64,000 nt of DNA, taken from assembly GCF_009914755.1 (NCBI RefSeq), contig NC_060926.1; one strand, given 5' to 3'. The notes under the pieces are model-generated. The model had not been told where the DNA came from, did not search any database, and was given only the letters and a program-made list of their open reading frames with translations. Position 1 is the stretch's first letter. Every line of letters starts with the position of its first letter. Below, piece by piece: positions 24,060 to 46,300 of this stretch. The position numbers and the translations under genes were made by a program. Source of the DNA: the human T2T-CHM13v2.0 reference genome, Homo sapiens.

Positions 24060-24412
24060 GTATGTAGAATTTCAGTAAACCATGCTCTATCTAGTCCTCC
24101 CTCTCAATTACTTCTGATTTTCTGTATCATATACATATCTGCATACAAGAGGAATACTTTAAGCTCTATTCTCTAAGAAAGGAGGAAAGCATGATGAGCA
24201 TAGGGCTAAATTTAGCCAGCCAGCTGTGTTTTGTTTGGCCTGCAGAGTATTTAACATTTGTTTTTATCTGAATGCCTTTTAGGTGGGACCTGGACCTTCC
24301 CCAAACCCAGCAACTTCCAGTTGTCTTAATCCAACTAGATTTACCCATTTATATTACCTTCCTAATCTTTGTAATCTTTGGTTTGTACCTGCTGTAAGAA
24401 CTTTCGTCGCAG

Positions 24413-24483
24413 ACATAATGTGAATATAAGAGCCTAGAGGAAAAGCTTGGCATTGTGGAATTGAGAGGAGGGGAACTTGAGAG
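24413..24483 (+). pseudogene. Relic exon, phase 0-2: T*CEYKSLEEKLGIVELRGGELE
   Basis: Acceptor ctttcgtcgcag; donor GAG/gtgagc. Confidence 0.6.
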
Positions 24484-24726
24484 GTGAGCCATCCCTGTCT
24501 AAGACTCTGACGTAGGGCAGCTTTTCTGCCCTCTCCAGTGGTGCACACTTTTGTCTTCTTCCATAGGAAGTCCATGGTTACCTTATTTCTCCATTCTCCA
24601 TGCCCACATCTCTCACTGAAACCTGTATCTAAATAAGGTTCCAATACTTATTCATGGGATAAATGACTACCCAAAACTAAACAAAACTGGCTTACCTTAA
24701 ACCCCAAATAAACTTTCATTATATAA

Positions 24727-25111
<385 letters not shown>

Positions 25112-25218
25112 TTAATGCATTTTTCTTTTAACTTGATAGGAGAAATAAAAGTAGAAAAGGAAAGCCATGCTTGAGTAAAGAAAGGTTAAACAAAAAGAGT
25201 TTCAAGTCAGTCTTTTAG

Positions 25219-25800
<582 letters not shown>

Positions 25801-25994
25801 TTAATGAAAATCTTCCCTATAGTTTGTTCTTCTCTAAACTACAAAATCCCCTTCTCCTTCTCCCGATCCCTTTAGCCTCTTTCTTAGATATCTTATTTGG
25901 AAATGCTCTCCTCATTTATTGCTAAACTTTATCTGATTTATCTTCACCTAAATTATGGGGGCCCAAATTTGACTTTTAGTGTTTTCAACTTTAG

Positions 25995-26026
25995 TATACA
26001 ATGGATAACTTACAATTTTATATTGG
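25995..26026 (+). pseudogene. Relic exon, phase 0-2: YTMDNLQFYI
   Basis: Acceptor ttttcaactttag; donor TGG/gtaagg. Confidence 0.55.
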
Positions 26027-26269
26027 GTAAGGTTATTGATGCTACTGATCCTGTTAAACTGCCTTTTCTGGACCAAAATGTGAGTGAAATTCAGGCTAGA
26101 ATTCAAAAAGCGTAAAATCCATTATTCAGCATACAGATATGCCTCTCTTTAAGCAAATCTGCTACCTGAAAACATGATTTTATAGAACAAAAACTGATTC
26201 TTTAATTAAAAGGATTCACCAATACTTTTCATTAAATAGACTCTCCTCTGGTACAAATAGTCTTTTCAG

Positions 26270-26389
26270 TTACACATTTATCATGCAAATCAACATGCAG
26301 TTGCATAATTTGGGAGGGTGAGAAGAAAACTGTGCAAATTAAAGCAATATAAGAGCTGCCAATTTTATAGGAAGTAACGATATGTTCTT
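26270..26389 (+). pseudogene. Relic exon, 120 nt
   Basis: Acceptor gtcttttcag; donor CTT/gtaagt; symmetric length. Confidence 0.6.
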
Positions 26390-26541
26390 GTAAGTCCTGT
26401 AATTCTACACTGCTCTTTCCTGCACCTTCCTTAATAAGTCTCCACCCAAAAGCAAAATTAAAGGGTTTCATTTCTCTCTCCTCTAGACTAAGTAAATGAA
26501 CTCCTCTCCAAACAGATAGTGGGTAAATAGGAAGGAAATTA

Positions 26542-27140
<599 letters not shown>

Positions 27141-28195
27141 TCAGCTGAGATCACGCCAATTGCACTCCAGCCTGGGCGGCAGAGCAAGACTCCGTCTCCC
27201 GGAAAAAAAAAAAAAAAAAAAAAAAAAGAATAATGAAATGATAGCAGGACATTGTGGTGGGCACCTGTAACCCCACCTACTTGGGAGGCTGAGGCAGGAG
27301 AATCGCTTTAACCCCGGAGGTTAAAGCTTTTTACTCCCATTGCTTCACCTTTGGCACACCACTGCCTACTATGTGCCAGGCAATGTTAGGTGCTGGTATT
27401 GCCATGTTAGGCAGAACACTGCCTGGCACCCAACAGATGAAGTCTTGCTCTCATGGAGCTCCTGTTTAGTGGGAGCGATCAACAGAGAATAAGTAAACAA
27501 GAATTTATAACGTTCAAAGAGCTATAGAAGGAAACAAACTAGATCCCAAAGCAGAGAGTAACAGGAAGAATTACAGGAGACTCTGCTAGGCTGGGTGGTA
27601 AAGGATGGTTCATGTCCTTGGTGCCTGATGAGCAAGAGGGAGAGAGATGTGAGTTGAGGTTAGAAGATAGGCAGATGCCTGAACAGCCTTACAGACTTTT
27701 ACTTTTATTCAAAGGCGCAGGAAAAAAATCCATTCAAGTTTTAAGTAGTAAAGTGACATAAATTTGTTTCCAAAAGATTAGTCTGGCCACTGTGTAGAGA
27801 ATTGATTGAAATCTGCCAAAAAATAGAAGCTAGTTGACCTGTTGGACTATTTTTAGTTTTGGAGAATGACAATGGTGGGTTGGTCTCAAAAGGTGGCAAC
27901 AGTGATGGAAAGAAAATTAAAATATGTTTGAGTATGAGTATTTGAAAGTGGGAAGTGAGGTCAAAGAAGTTGTCGAGAACAACACCTGGGTTTCTGGCTT
28001 CAGTAAGTGGGAGAATGATGGTGGCTTTTACTGAACTGGAAAGTTTGCTGGGACAGGTTCCTAATAATGACTTGATCCAATAGATCAAGTCGTATACAAA
28101 AGAATGATACAAATACATAAGAATGATCTGATTAAGATCAGATTACTTTCCTAATAATGACTTGATCCAACATGCATCTCTCTCTGAGACTTTAG

Positions 28196-28342
<147 letters not shown>

Positions 28343-28519
28343 TGAGTAGCTGGGATTACAGGCGCCCACCACCACGCCCAGCTAATTTTTGTATTTTTAG
28401 TAGAGATGGGGTTTCACCATGTTGGCCAGGATGGTCTTGAACTACTGACCTCAAGTGATCCACCCGTCTCGGCCTCCCAAAGTGCTGGGATTACAGGCCT
28501 GAGCCATGGCTCCTGGCCT

Positions 28520-30830
<2,311 letters not shown>

Positions 30831-31719
30831 CTCTTAATAAGCTTTCAGTTTTGTCTCTTCAGACCACTGTTTCATGTGACATTTTCAATTTTTAATTATT
30901 GTGTTAAAATACACATAAAATTTACCATCTTAACTATTTTAAGTCTACAGTGGAGTGGTATGTATATATTCAAAATTTTGTGCAACCATCACCACCATCC
31001 ACCTCCCTAACTCTTTCATCTTATAAAACTGAAACTCAGCCGGGTATGGTGGCTCACACCTGTAATCCCAGCACCTTGGGAGGCTGAGGCAGGCAGATCA
31101 TCTGAGGTCAGGAGTTTGAGACCAGCCTGGCCAACATGGTGAAACACTATCTCTACTAAAAATACAAAAATTAGCTGAGCGTGGTGCCAGGCGCCTGTAG
31201 TCCCAGCTATTCAGGAGGCTGCGTCAGAAGAATCGCTTGAACCCGGGGGGCAGAGGTTGCAGTGAGCCGAGATAGGGCCACTGCACTCCAGCTTGGGGGA
31301 CACATAAACAAAACAAAACAGAACTGAAACTCTATAACAGTTTCATTTTAATTCAGTCAAATATGGAGATATTTTATATTGAATAAGACTCTTTTTTCCC
31401 TTTTAAAAAAATAAAAATTTTTTTTATTATAGAAGTAATATGTATTTCTAATGGAAAACTTGAAAACACATAATTAGAAAAAAGAGGAAAAACCTATGAA
31501 AACCTCTGGCACCAGGAAGACTAGTGGCCTTGGAAGTAGTCTGGAAACCGCACCCTTAGCCGGGACAATTTGACAGACAATACATATCAGGAGCATAAAA
31601 AATATACTCTTTGACCTAACAATCCTTGTTTTGAAATGTATTCAAAGGAAATAGTTAGATAGGTGCCCAGAGAGTGAAATACAAAGATGTTCTTAATCGG
31701 AAAAAAACTGTAAACAACC

Positions 31720-32040
31720 TATATTTGTTTTCTAGGGCTGTCATAACAAAGCACGGCAGACTGAGTGGTATAAACAGAAATGTATTTCTCACAATTCTGG
31801 AGGCTAAAGGTCTGAGATCAAGCTGTCAGCAGGATCTTCACATGGTTCTTGTAAGTGTCTATGTTCAAGTTTCCCCTTTTTATAAGGGTGCCAGTCATAT
31901 TGGATTAAGGCCCATTGATGACCTCATTTTAACTTAATTATTTCTTTAAAATTCTATCTCCAAATGCAGTCACATTCTGAGGTACTGGGGGTTAGGATAT
32001 CAACATATTAATTTTGGGGGAACACAATTCAGCCAATTAT
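31720..32040 (-). mobile_element. MLT1-type MaLR LTR
   Basis: ctagggctgtcataacaaag...tctcacaattctggaggc...cacattctgaggtactgggggttagg. Confidence 0.8.
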
Positions 32041-32162
32041 GCAAACCTCGTCTAAGAATTGAGAATAAATAAATTAGGATGCAGTCCGTACAATAGTTCA
32101 ATCATACTTTTTAGCTCATATATGAATATTTAATACCACCATTAAAAATGGCCTTAGGGTCA

Positions 32163-32282
<120 letters not shown>

Positions 32283-32329
32283 TTAAAAGATTAACTGGGT
32301 GTGGTGGTGCATGCCTATAATCCCAGCTA

Positions 32330-32437
<108 letters not shown>

Positions 32438-33476
32438 TCAAAAAACAAACCAACAAACAAGGCCTTAGGGTTATATATGACATAGAAATAATTTCATGGC
32501 ATATATTGTCAGTGAAAAGAACAGGCTACAAAATAATATGAATAGTATGATCCTCGCTCTTTCTGTGTGTGAAATACATAGACAAATGCACAGAAAAATG
32601 GCTGGAAAAGTTCATTATATTTTGGGGATGATATGGATGAGTTTTCTTTGTTTTATTTCTATATATTGCTTAACTGTGCATTTAAATTTTCCCATACTAA
32701 GTCTTTGAAGTATATATAGATATATAGATATAATAACAATTATTATTATTTTTTGAGACAGGATCTCACTTTGCCACCCCAGCTGGAGTGCAGTAGTAAG
32801 ATCAGGGCTCACTGCAGCCTCTACCTTCTAGGCTCAGGTGATCCTCCCACCTCAGACTTCCAAGTAGCTGGGACTATAGCCACATGTCACCACACCTATA
32901 GGTATGAGCTCAGAGCCTGATAGGGCTATTCTCAAACTTGAGGAGAAAATTTTAAAATGGGGTTGGTTCCCAAAAAGAAAGGAGGGTGACTGTGTCCAGA
33001 AAGGTGGGGTGGGAGGAGTGGACAGGGCAGCTCTGAAGGTACTTGCCTTTTTTCCTAGTTATTGTTTTGTCACTGGCCACCTTCATTTTTCACTGAATTG
33101 AGTCTTCCACATGAAGAAGCATATCATCTGCAAAGATCTCTGTGATTTCTAGCTTTGGAGGCAGAGAGTGTCTATTTATGTCTCATTTTTTGTACAGATG
33201 AGGTTTCACCACCTTGCCCAGGCTGGTCTTGACTTCCTGGGCTCGAGCAATGCTCCCGCTTCAGCCTCCCAAAGTGCTAGGATCACAGGCGTGAACCACC
33301 ATGCCTGGCCAGTCTTTGTAATATTTTAGAAGAACCCCTGCCCCCAGCACACACACGCACAGACACACACCCCAAAAAAAGAAAGAAGAGGGAAAACTCC
33401 ACGCCATGCCTAAACCATGTTTTACAGAACAGTTTTCTAGTCATGTAGTTTTCCTTTAGCTATTTCTGCTTTCTAG

Positions 33477-33686
33477 CTGCAAATGAGAGTGTCAGTGGGA
33501 TATGAAAGCTTACTTAATGTTCATAACTGTTTATATTTGCCCCTATATAGTAATGTCCTGTTCATTAACGTGCAATGGAGTGCTCGGTGTACTTTTATTC
33601 CTTTTTGGAAGCTCTTTGGAAAGGCTTTTGCTTAATCATAGGACATTGCTGAAGCCAATGACATTATGATTGAATGATTCATCTTG
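33477..33686 (+). pseudogene. Relic exon, 210 nt: CK*ECQWDMKAYLMFITVYICPYIVMSCSLTCNGVLGVLLFLFGSSLERLLLNHRTLLKPMTL*LNDSS
   Basis: Acceptor ttctgctttctag; about 60 consecutive sense codons in the expected phase; donor degraded. Confidence 0.55.
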
Positions 33687-33905
33687 GTTTAAGACTTATG
33701 ATCAGACAGGCTCTGAGCTCTATTCTCCAACCTGGGGAGAAAATTTTACAATAGAGTGGGTTCTCAAAAGGAAAGGAGGGTGACTGTGTTCAGTGTCCTG
33801 ATCTCTGTGATTTCTAGCTTTGGAAGCACAGGGTGCCTATTTACGTCTCATTCATGAGAGAATTGACTGCAGGCGTTTTTCTCCTAAAGTCTGTTATTTC
33901 TTTAG

Positions 33906-34200
33906 AGGCTGGGCCTACCACTCCAGTTATATTCCTCTAGTCCAGCCCTTCCTCTACTTCTGTAGCTTGGGTGATTTATGCACAAAACAGGCAGCGTTTG
34001 AATAAAAGGACAACATCTACGTCAAGACACAAAATAATTAGAGGTTAGCTGTGTACATGATTCTACAAGCTAAGCTTTCACTTTGTATAATATACCTGCA
34101 TGGCCATTGAAACTGTTGTTGGTGAAGTGAAATGCAGCCACTCCCCTGGTTGTTACATGGAGTGGTGACAGATTTAGCCTCACTATACCTGCATAAGTAG
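33906..34200 (+). pseudogene. Relic exon carrying the start of the CLU-like motifs
   Basis: Acceptor ttatttctttag; donor TAG/gtagta; translations include WVIYAQNRQRL, FYKLSFHFV*YTCMAIETVVGE and VTWSGDRFSL. Confidence 0.6.
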
Positions 34201-34542
34201 GTAGTATACAACAATAGCAGAAGTTGAAATTTTAGTCTTACAATAGAAGGGGTAGCTGGCATTAAGTACCTTGTTTACACCTCTGATAAGTCTTGAGAAT
34301 GTCTCTAGAACTGAGAATCCTCTGCAGAAATGAGAGTCTAAGCTCTGGGAATATCGTGAGATTCCCAGGAGGGGTTGCTATGTATAGTGAGGGTTGAAAA
34401 AAAAGCTCAAGGACAAGATCCATATTTACGGACAGAAAGCCAACAAAGAATACACAGTAGAAATGGGGCCACGGTGGCTCACGCCTGTAATCCCAGCACT
34501 TTTCGAGGCCAAGGCGGGTGGATCACCTGAGGTCAGGAGTTA

Positions 34543-35167
<625 letters not shown>

Positions 35168-35556
35168 TCAAGGAAGAATGGATGCGCAACAGTGATACAG
35201 GTTTCAAAGAGAGGCAGAAGGAACAGGTCAGTGGGCTGTTTGTTAGGCAATCTTTGAGAAACTTGGTTGTTTGAAAAGTAAGTTAGAAAAGCCAGAAAAT
35301 AAAGGTTATTTTGTTGAGTGGAATTAGAGGATGAAGAAAACTTTCAGGAAGTTTGTTAGTAACATGAAGGTGAAGAGTAATGGTGAAATATATTAGAACA
35401 AAGTTAACTTTCAGAATTTGTGTTCAGGTTAAGAGTTTTTGCAATTGAGTCTCTTAATTATATACTAGTATTTCATCCTTTCATTTTCTTTTTTTGCATA
35501 TTATATAGCACATACTTCATACGCCACTTCTTGCCCTTGGTTTCCCAAATTAACAG

Positions 35557-35867
<311 letters not shown>

Positions 35868-35949
35868 TTATATATATCTTTCTAATCTAGGATATGGTAA
35901 AATTATATTAGTATCATGAGGATTGAATATTGCTCTAATATTATTCTAA

Positions 35950-36570
35950 AATATTAGTGATGAAAGAGACCTTAGAAATCATTTACTATACAGTGGTTTC
36001 ATTTTGCAGATAGGAAAACTGAGGCACAAAGATGTTAAATGACTTGTCAAAGCGGCAGAGCTAGAGCCAGGAGAATCCAGGTCCTCTTGATTCCTAGTTT
36101 GCTACTAAACACCGCTAAGCCGTGAAGAAGGTTGCTTCTGCTTTACGTTATGCTACATTTTTTCTCTCTCTCTTTTCGCATGCTTTTTTTGTCCCACTTG
36201 AACATGAGATCAACATGCAAATCAGAGAACCTGAAAAATTTGAGAAAAACAGGGACAGTTGTGTTGTGACCCAGTATACAGGGAATGGAGGTATGATAAC
36301 TTCCTCTTTCTACCAAGTTATCAGGTTTACTCATGTTTCCTGGGCCTTAGTTGAACGTGAGAGCCTTTCCCAGATATAGGCATCTTTTCTCGTCAGTGGA
36401 TGTATTAGAAAGGCAGGAGACCAGAGCTCTGACCTGGCTCTGTTATCATTCCTGTGGTCTCTAGAAAGTGACTTTCCCTCCCTGGGCCTCAGTTGCCTAA
36501 TTTGTAAAATATGAGACTTGGATTACATGAGTTCAAAAATGTTTTCGGCTCTAAAATCCTATGATTCTAC
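35950..36570. mobile_element. Two MIR fragments (about 35950-36110 and 36400-36570)
   Basis: attttgcagataggaaaactgaggcac and ctgggcctcagtt...tgtaaaat cores. Confidence 0.7.
36209..36290 (+). pseudogene. Relic exon: ...NLRKTGTVVL / VVTQYTG
   Basis: Long pyrimidine tract at 36158-36199; donor GAG/gtatga. Confidence 0.55.
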
Positions 36571-36767
36571 CTTCTGAATTATGAAGGATTTAATTTTTTT
36601 CTACCTTCCAAGTAAAAGCCATACCTAAGCCTCATGGAATTTGATCACCCCTACCTTTTCCTGTGAATGTTAACAGGCCTTCTCTTCTCTGTTTGCTATA
36701 ATTGGAATGATTTAGTTCTTATTTCAATGGTTTCAATGATTGTTTTCCATTTGTCATTCTACCAAAG

Positions 36768-39405
<2,638 letters not shown>

Positions 39406-39590
39406 GTAAAGGAAGGGGAAAGCTGCCATGTTGCTGACTTTGCTATAGCAGATGACAAGGAGTTAATTGCAGCCTAACTCCTCTCCTCATTGTGGGGGTT
39501 ACTGGCTTTGCAGTGTCTTGGCAAAGTCTCATAGACATGTCATGGCAGCCTATCCCTTGCTTTCTTCTGTCTACATGCCTACACACCCAG

Positions 39591-39728
39591 GGATGGAGAA
39601 TCAAGAGATCAGTTTTCTGGCTGCCATTGAAAGGATGCTCTGTCAGAAGCAAAGGCTTGACTTATTCTGAAGATTACCCTGATCTGCAAAGCTGCAGAAT
39701 GCATAGTTATTTGTTACCTGGACTTAAA
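39591..39728 (+). pseudogene. Relic exon, 138 nt
   Basis: Acceptor cacacccag after a pyrimidine tract; donor AAA/gtaagg. Confidence 0.6.
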
Positions 39729-40360
39729 GTAAGGCAAGGCCCAGTGTCACATTACTTTGCCTCTAACAGACCTTTCTTGCAATGACTGTTTCATGCCATC
39801 AGTCACTCAACATTTACAAAGCACTTACCTTAGCATGAAGGAAAGGTTGAAAAGGAAGAGAAACCATGATCTCAGGGATTGAAGACTGAAAAATTGCTGT
39901 GAGAATAGAGAATGCTCAGAAACATTAAGTACTATAAAAACAAATACATATTAACATAATACATAGTATTTCCAGAAATATTTAGAAATTAATTGCAATG
40001 ATCAAACCTGGATGGAGTTAATCAGAGTCATGGCACCCAGTGGGATGACTTAGAACCATGAGGGGAAGTTAGATAACTTGCTCTAGATCATGCAGCTGTA
40101 AAAGAGGAACTGCAGTTTGAATCCAGGCACTCTGGCTCCAAACTTAACATCGTACTAGATTGCGTCTCTGAAGTCAAAGAGCAAGGAAAGAAAACTACCC
40201 TAGTGCAGTTGTTGAGAGTATGACCTCTAGACTCAGACTCCCTGGGATTCCATCCTGCCTCTAGCATTTACCATACACTCCTGGACAATCCACTTACCAT
40301 TCTATCCTTTCTTTTCCTTATCCATAAAAATGGGGATAATAGGCTGGACGCGGTCACTCA

Positions 40361-40730
<370 letters not shown>

Positions 40731-41198
40731 TCAATAAATGTTAACTATCAATAAAATGATTATTATCATCCTATTTCTAAGAACCTGAAGTCCTACCAGG
40801 ATAGTAACTCTAATTGCCAGAATAAGAAGGGGAAGTTTGGGTTGAGGTTATTTTCCAATCAGAAGTCCTTGAAGGAAAATCATGTCAGAAGGGAGGGAAA
40901 GGAAAGGAAACCAAGACTCTGGTTAGTGTAGACCCTCTTGGGTTGTGGACAAGAGAGTATGGGATTGCCATTTTATTAGTAACTTATACATTGTGCATGA
41001 ATTTAACTTCCCTTTTGGTTTCCTCTTTTCATCCTCACTATTACTAGACCATGCATATATTGAGAAGTAATCTATGCTGCAACTCTCCCTCAGAACTGTA
41101 CGTACTTAAAATCAAGTTAGTAGAGATTTTGAAAGGACTGTGCTTTAAAGAAAACACAAAAAACCAGTAACATAATAGATGATTGTCCTTATTCATAG

Positions 41199-41273
41199 GT
41201 CAGGGAGCCACTAGTCCACTGCAGCTCTTTTCTCCTAGAGAGATCTTCAAGAAGAGGTCTTTGTGCCCCATAT
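41199..41273 (+). pseudogene. Relic exon, 75 nt
   Basis: Acceptor tccttattcatag; donor TAT/gtaatg. Confidence 0.55.
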
Positions 41274-41882
41274 GTAATGACTACTTAGGAGCTGAGTCAA
41301 ACAAAGAGTCTTATTTTAGTTTTCTAAATACCAAGTCTGGGCAGGCCTGTGTTTTCGCTACATGGGAGGAGTCAAGTATCTTTTCACTACATGGGAGGGG
41401 TAAGTGGTTAAGTTTTTTCATATGTTGGCTGCCTAAGTCATTCTGCTTGGTACCGTGGCTCAGTTAGTTTTGTCAACTGACCAAGGACTATATAAGTGAG
41501 GGCAAAGCTACACCCCACTGTGTGTAACAGGAAGGAGTGACATGGCACTCTGCCCTTTGAATTCATTGTGTATTCTGGGCCTGGCTAAGTGATATTGAGA
41601 AAAGATAGCAGTAATCTTTGGTAACATTAGTGCTCTTAAAACCATTCACTCACAAATATTTATTGACAATAGTAGAACATCTGTAAAGAACACAGTATCT
41701 TGCAAATAGTAGAAGATCAAATTTTGTGGACTATAAACCAATGTTTGGGCTGTACATTTGCCAATATGCAGCATTTAACTACATTTCTTCAAGCAAAATT
41801 CAACTATATCTTCAGAGTAAAGAATAGGAGAAAAGGAATGAATTAGATACAATGTCGTTTGGATGTATTTTTCTACATTCAG

Positions 41883-42213
41883 CTTCCCCGCTATTAAGAA
41901 ATCGCAGCTCCAGTTCAGCAGTGGTAAAGTGATTGCTATCACACAGCAATGAGTGGTGTCTGTGAGCTCATGTTGAGCAGTTGTTACAGAATTTGAAAGG
42001 GCAAGGCATATTTCATGTACGAGTCCTCAACTATCTCCATCAAGCTGTCACCATAGAGACTGAGAACTTAAAGACTTCCTTTCAATCATCTTGGAAGGGA
42101 AATGTCTATTTCTGGCTGAGGCTTGGCCTCTCTGGAGAGGAGTTTATAAAGCATGTCTTACTATCTGCTACGTAGTGAGGAATTTAGGACAAAATTTGGA
42201 GTAACCTTATGGG
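41883..42213 (+). pseudogene. Relic exon, 331 nt, phase 2-0
   Basis: Acceptor ttttctacattcag; donor GGG/gtaaga; two frames largely open (ELKDFLSIILEGKCLFLAEAWPLW or LLQNLKGQGIFHVRVLNYL). Confidence 0.6.
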
Positions 42214-42631
42214 GTAAGATAATCAGCACTTTTAAAAAAAAGGAAAACCTACTTAGATTAGCGTAGAGCTAGATCCTATAAGTCGGTTGTGACGTGGATA
42301 GGATTTAGGTACTCTGGAAATCACTAATCTTCATGTTTTGTGACATATAGGTTATGGGAATGGTTAGGGTTATAATCCAGTTATAACCCAGAAAGAGGTA
42401 GGCAACCTATAGGACAATCACCACCCTGGGATTTTCTGCAAACAGTTGTCATAAACTTAAATATCAGTTACCAAAGATCATATGGTTTTAGCAATTTTTT
42501 TTTTTTAGCTGCTACTTCCTTTGGTCCTTATAGATAGATAAGACCAAGCACCTCTTCATAGGTTTCCATTTTTTGTCTCTACTGTAAGACCGATCAAATG
42601 GTTTTTAAAGTAATCTAATTTTGTTTTCTAG

Positions 42632-42690
42632 AAAGATGAGAGAAGTTTAGTCTTTCAAATAGCCTATGTTAGCACTGATTCTCAAGCCAA
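42632..42690 (+). pseudogene. Relic exon: KDERSLVFQIAYVSTDSQA
   Basis: Acceptor ttttgttttctag; donor CAA/gtagga; open in the expected phase 0. Confidence 0.55.
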
Positions 42691-42926
42691 GTAGGACCCA
42701 TGGAAAAACAGGATTGCTTTCAGTCTGTTTTACCTCTTGGAACATTAATTCCATAAGGAAAGCACTTCATTAAATTCTGCTGACATAGAAAGCTTAAAAA
42801 ATGTGTTTCTTGGTTCTTTTTAACTATACTAAACTTTTTTCTTTGGGCTGGCCTTGGTGGCTTACACCTGTAATACCAGCACTTTGGGATGCCAAGGCGG
42901 GAGAATGGCCTGAGCCCAGGAGTTCA

Positions 42927-43196
<270 letters not shown>

Positions 43197-45080
43197 TTAA
43201 AATGCATACCCTTGGGTATCACAATTTCACTTCAAGGAATTTCTTCCGGACAAATATTCCCATTAAACGAAAGTCCATTCTGAACTTGAAGTGCTCAGGC
43301 TAATTCCTGCACTTGGCTCCAAGAATGCTAGGCAAGAGACTGGCAAATTCTCTTCTGGAAAAAAATCAACAGCACAAGAAAGCACATTCGGGAGTCCTAC
43401 AATGAGGCAAGTGGATCCCACTTGATGACTTCAAAGTGAAATCTACAAGAGGACAAGTATTATTTGAGTATACGGAGGTAATAATAAACTATTACGTGAA
43501 AGTCACTTGACATCTGAGGAATGCCTCCATCATGAAATCAGACACTAAAACAATGGAATTTAGAGTAAACAAAGACAATGCAGGAAGAGAAATAAATTAT
43601 GAAACATAAACAACAATGGAATGCTATGATAAGAAAGAATTATCTGTAGACAAATTCTATATGATTCCACTTATATGAGGTAGAGAAAGAGAAAGAATGG
43701 TGGTTGCCAAGGGCTGGGGGAATGGGGAGTGGGGAGTTATTGTTTAATGGAGAAAGAGTTTCAATTTTGCAAGAGGCAGAGTTCTGAAGATGGGTGATGG
43801 TTGCACAATAGTATTAATGTACTTCATGCCACTGAAATATATACTTAAAATAGTTAAGACAGTCAAGTTTATGTTGTGTGTATTTGACCACAATACAAAA
43901 TTAGAAAGAAAATGAATAATGGGAGCTCTTGGAAATGAAAAATATGATTGCTGAAATGAGAAATTCATAGACAGTGTGGAAGATGAAGACGAGGAAATTT
44001 CCCAGAAGGTAAATTCAAGAGATGACATATAGATGGAAAATAGAGGACAAAGTTAAAGGATCAGCCTGTAATCCCAGCACTTTGGGAGGCTGAGGCAGGA
44101 GAATTGCTTGAGCCCAGGAGTTCGAGACCAGCCTGGGCAACATAGCAAGATGTGTCAATATTAAAAAAAAAAAAAAATTTAAAGTTAGCCAGGCGTGGTG
44201 GCTCACATCTGTAGTCCCAGCTACGTAGGAGGCTGAGGCAGGAGGATCACTCAAGCCCAGGAGTTGAGGCTGCAGTGAGTTATGATGACAGAGCAAGACA
44301 CTATCTCTAAAAAGAGAGAGAGAAATATCGTATCAGAGTCCCAACAGCAAGCCTAATTCAGCACATTAGCACATGGTTGGGATAAAGAGATTTTTATGAA
44401 AGGACTATTTACGGGAGTGTGAGCAGCAAGGATTAAGGGGACAAACAAAGGTGGTATAGTGTCCAGGGACCAGCAGCAGTGAGAAGCTATTACACTCCCA
44501 GGGCTGAAAGTGCAAGGGGAGGAGGCCGTGTAAATGGGGTCCAATAAGAACTAGAGCCAAGGAGGAAGGACCTTCCAGTGATAGGTATAGCTAGTGCCTG
44601 AGAGATGGGGCTCTGCAACAACAACAAGACAAGAAAGCACATTCGGGAATCCTACAATGAAGCAAGTGGATCCCGCTCGATGACTCCAAAGTGAAATCTA
44701 CCAGAGGACAAGTATTATTTGAGTATACGGAGATAATAATTTGAGTATACAGGAGAAATATTCTGACCTCTCTCTCTTCCTGTGATCTGATCTGATATTG
44801 GCCAGACCTAACCAGAAGGAAGACTGGGTGAGAGTCTATAGTTCATATAGTCTATAGTCATCCTCTCAGGGTAGGGTAGGTCTAGTATGGGAAAGAACTA
44901 AATTATCAAAGAATAGTACAATAACATTTTCCCATCTGAAAAACATCTGGTGTCCATCCTAGGGAATTAAAAAAAAAAAAAAAGCCTTGCACGAGGCAGA
45001 ACATAATGAAATTTCAGAAAAATATTAACCAAGAAAAGATCCTAAAAGCTTGCAGAGCGGAAAGAAGAGCTCATATGTAA

Positions 45081-46160
<1,080 letters not shown>

Positions 46161-46230
46161 CAAGAAAGGAAGGAATTGAACTTCCAGAAATTGGTTTCAA
46201 GCCAATCCCATAACTTCTATGACTCTCTTG
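46161..46230 (-). tRNA. NUMT mt-tRNA-Ser(UCN) pseudogene
   Basis: gaaggaattgaac...ggtttcaagccaa directly after COX1. Confidence 0.9.
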
Positions 46231-46232
46231 AT

Positions 46233-46300
46233 AAGATGTTAGTAAAATTATTACATAACTTTGTCAGAGCGAATTTATAGGTTAAATCCTATATGTCTTA
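46233..46300 (+). tRNA. NUMT mt-tRNA-Asp pseudogene
   Basis: cataactttGTC anticodon loop; precedes the COX2 ATG. Confidence 0.9.

Noticed and set aside
26014-26165. Possible minus-strand exon (ttttcag acceptor, gtaagt donor)
   Set aside because: Stops in all frames, no partner exons, and it overlaps a better + strand exon.
41924-41980. 57-nt GT-AG mini-intron
   Set aside because: Too short and a multiple of three; better read as the interior of a single 41883-42213 exon.
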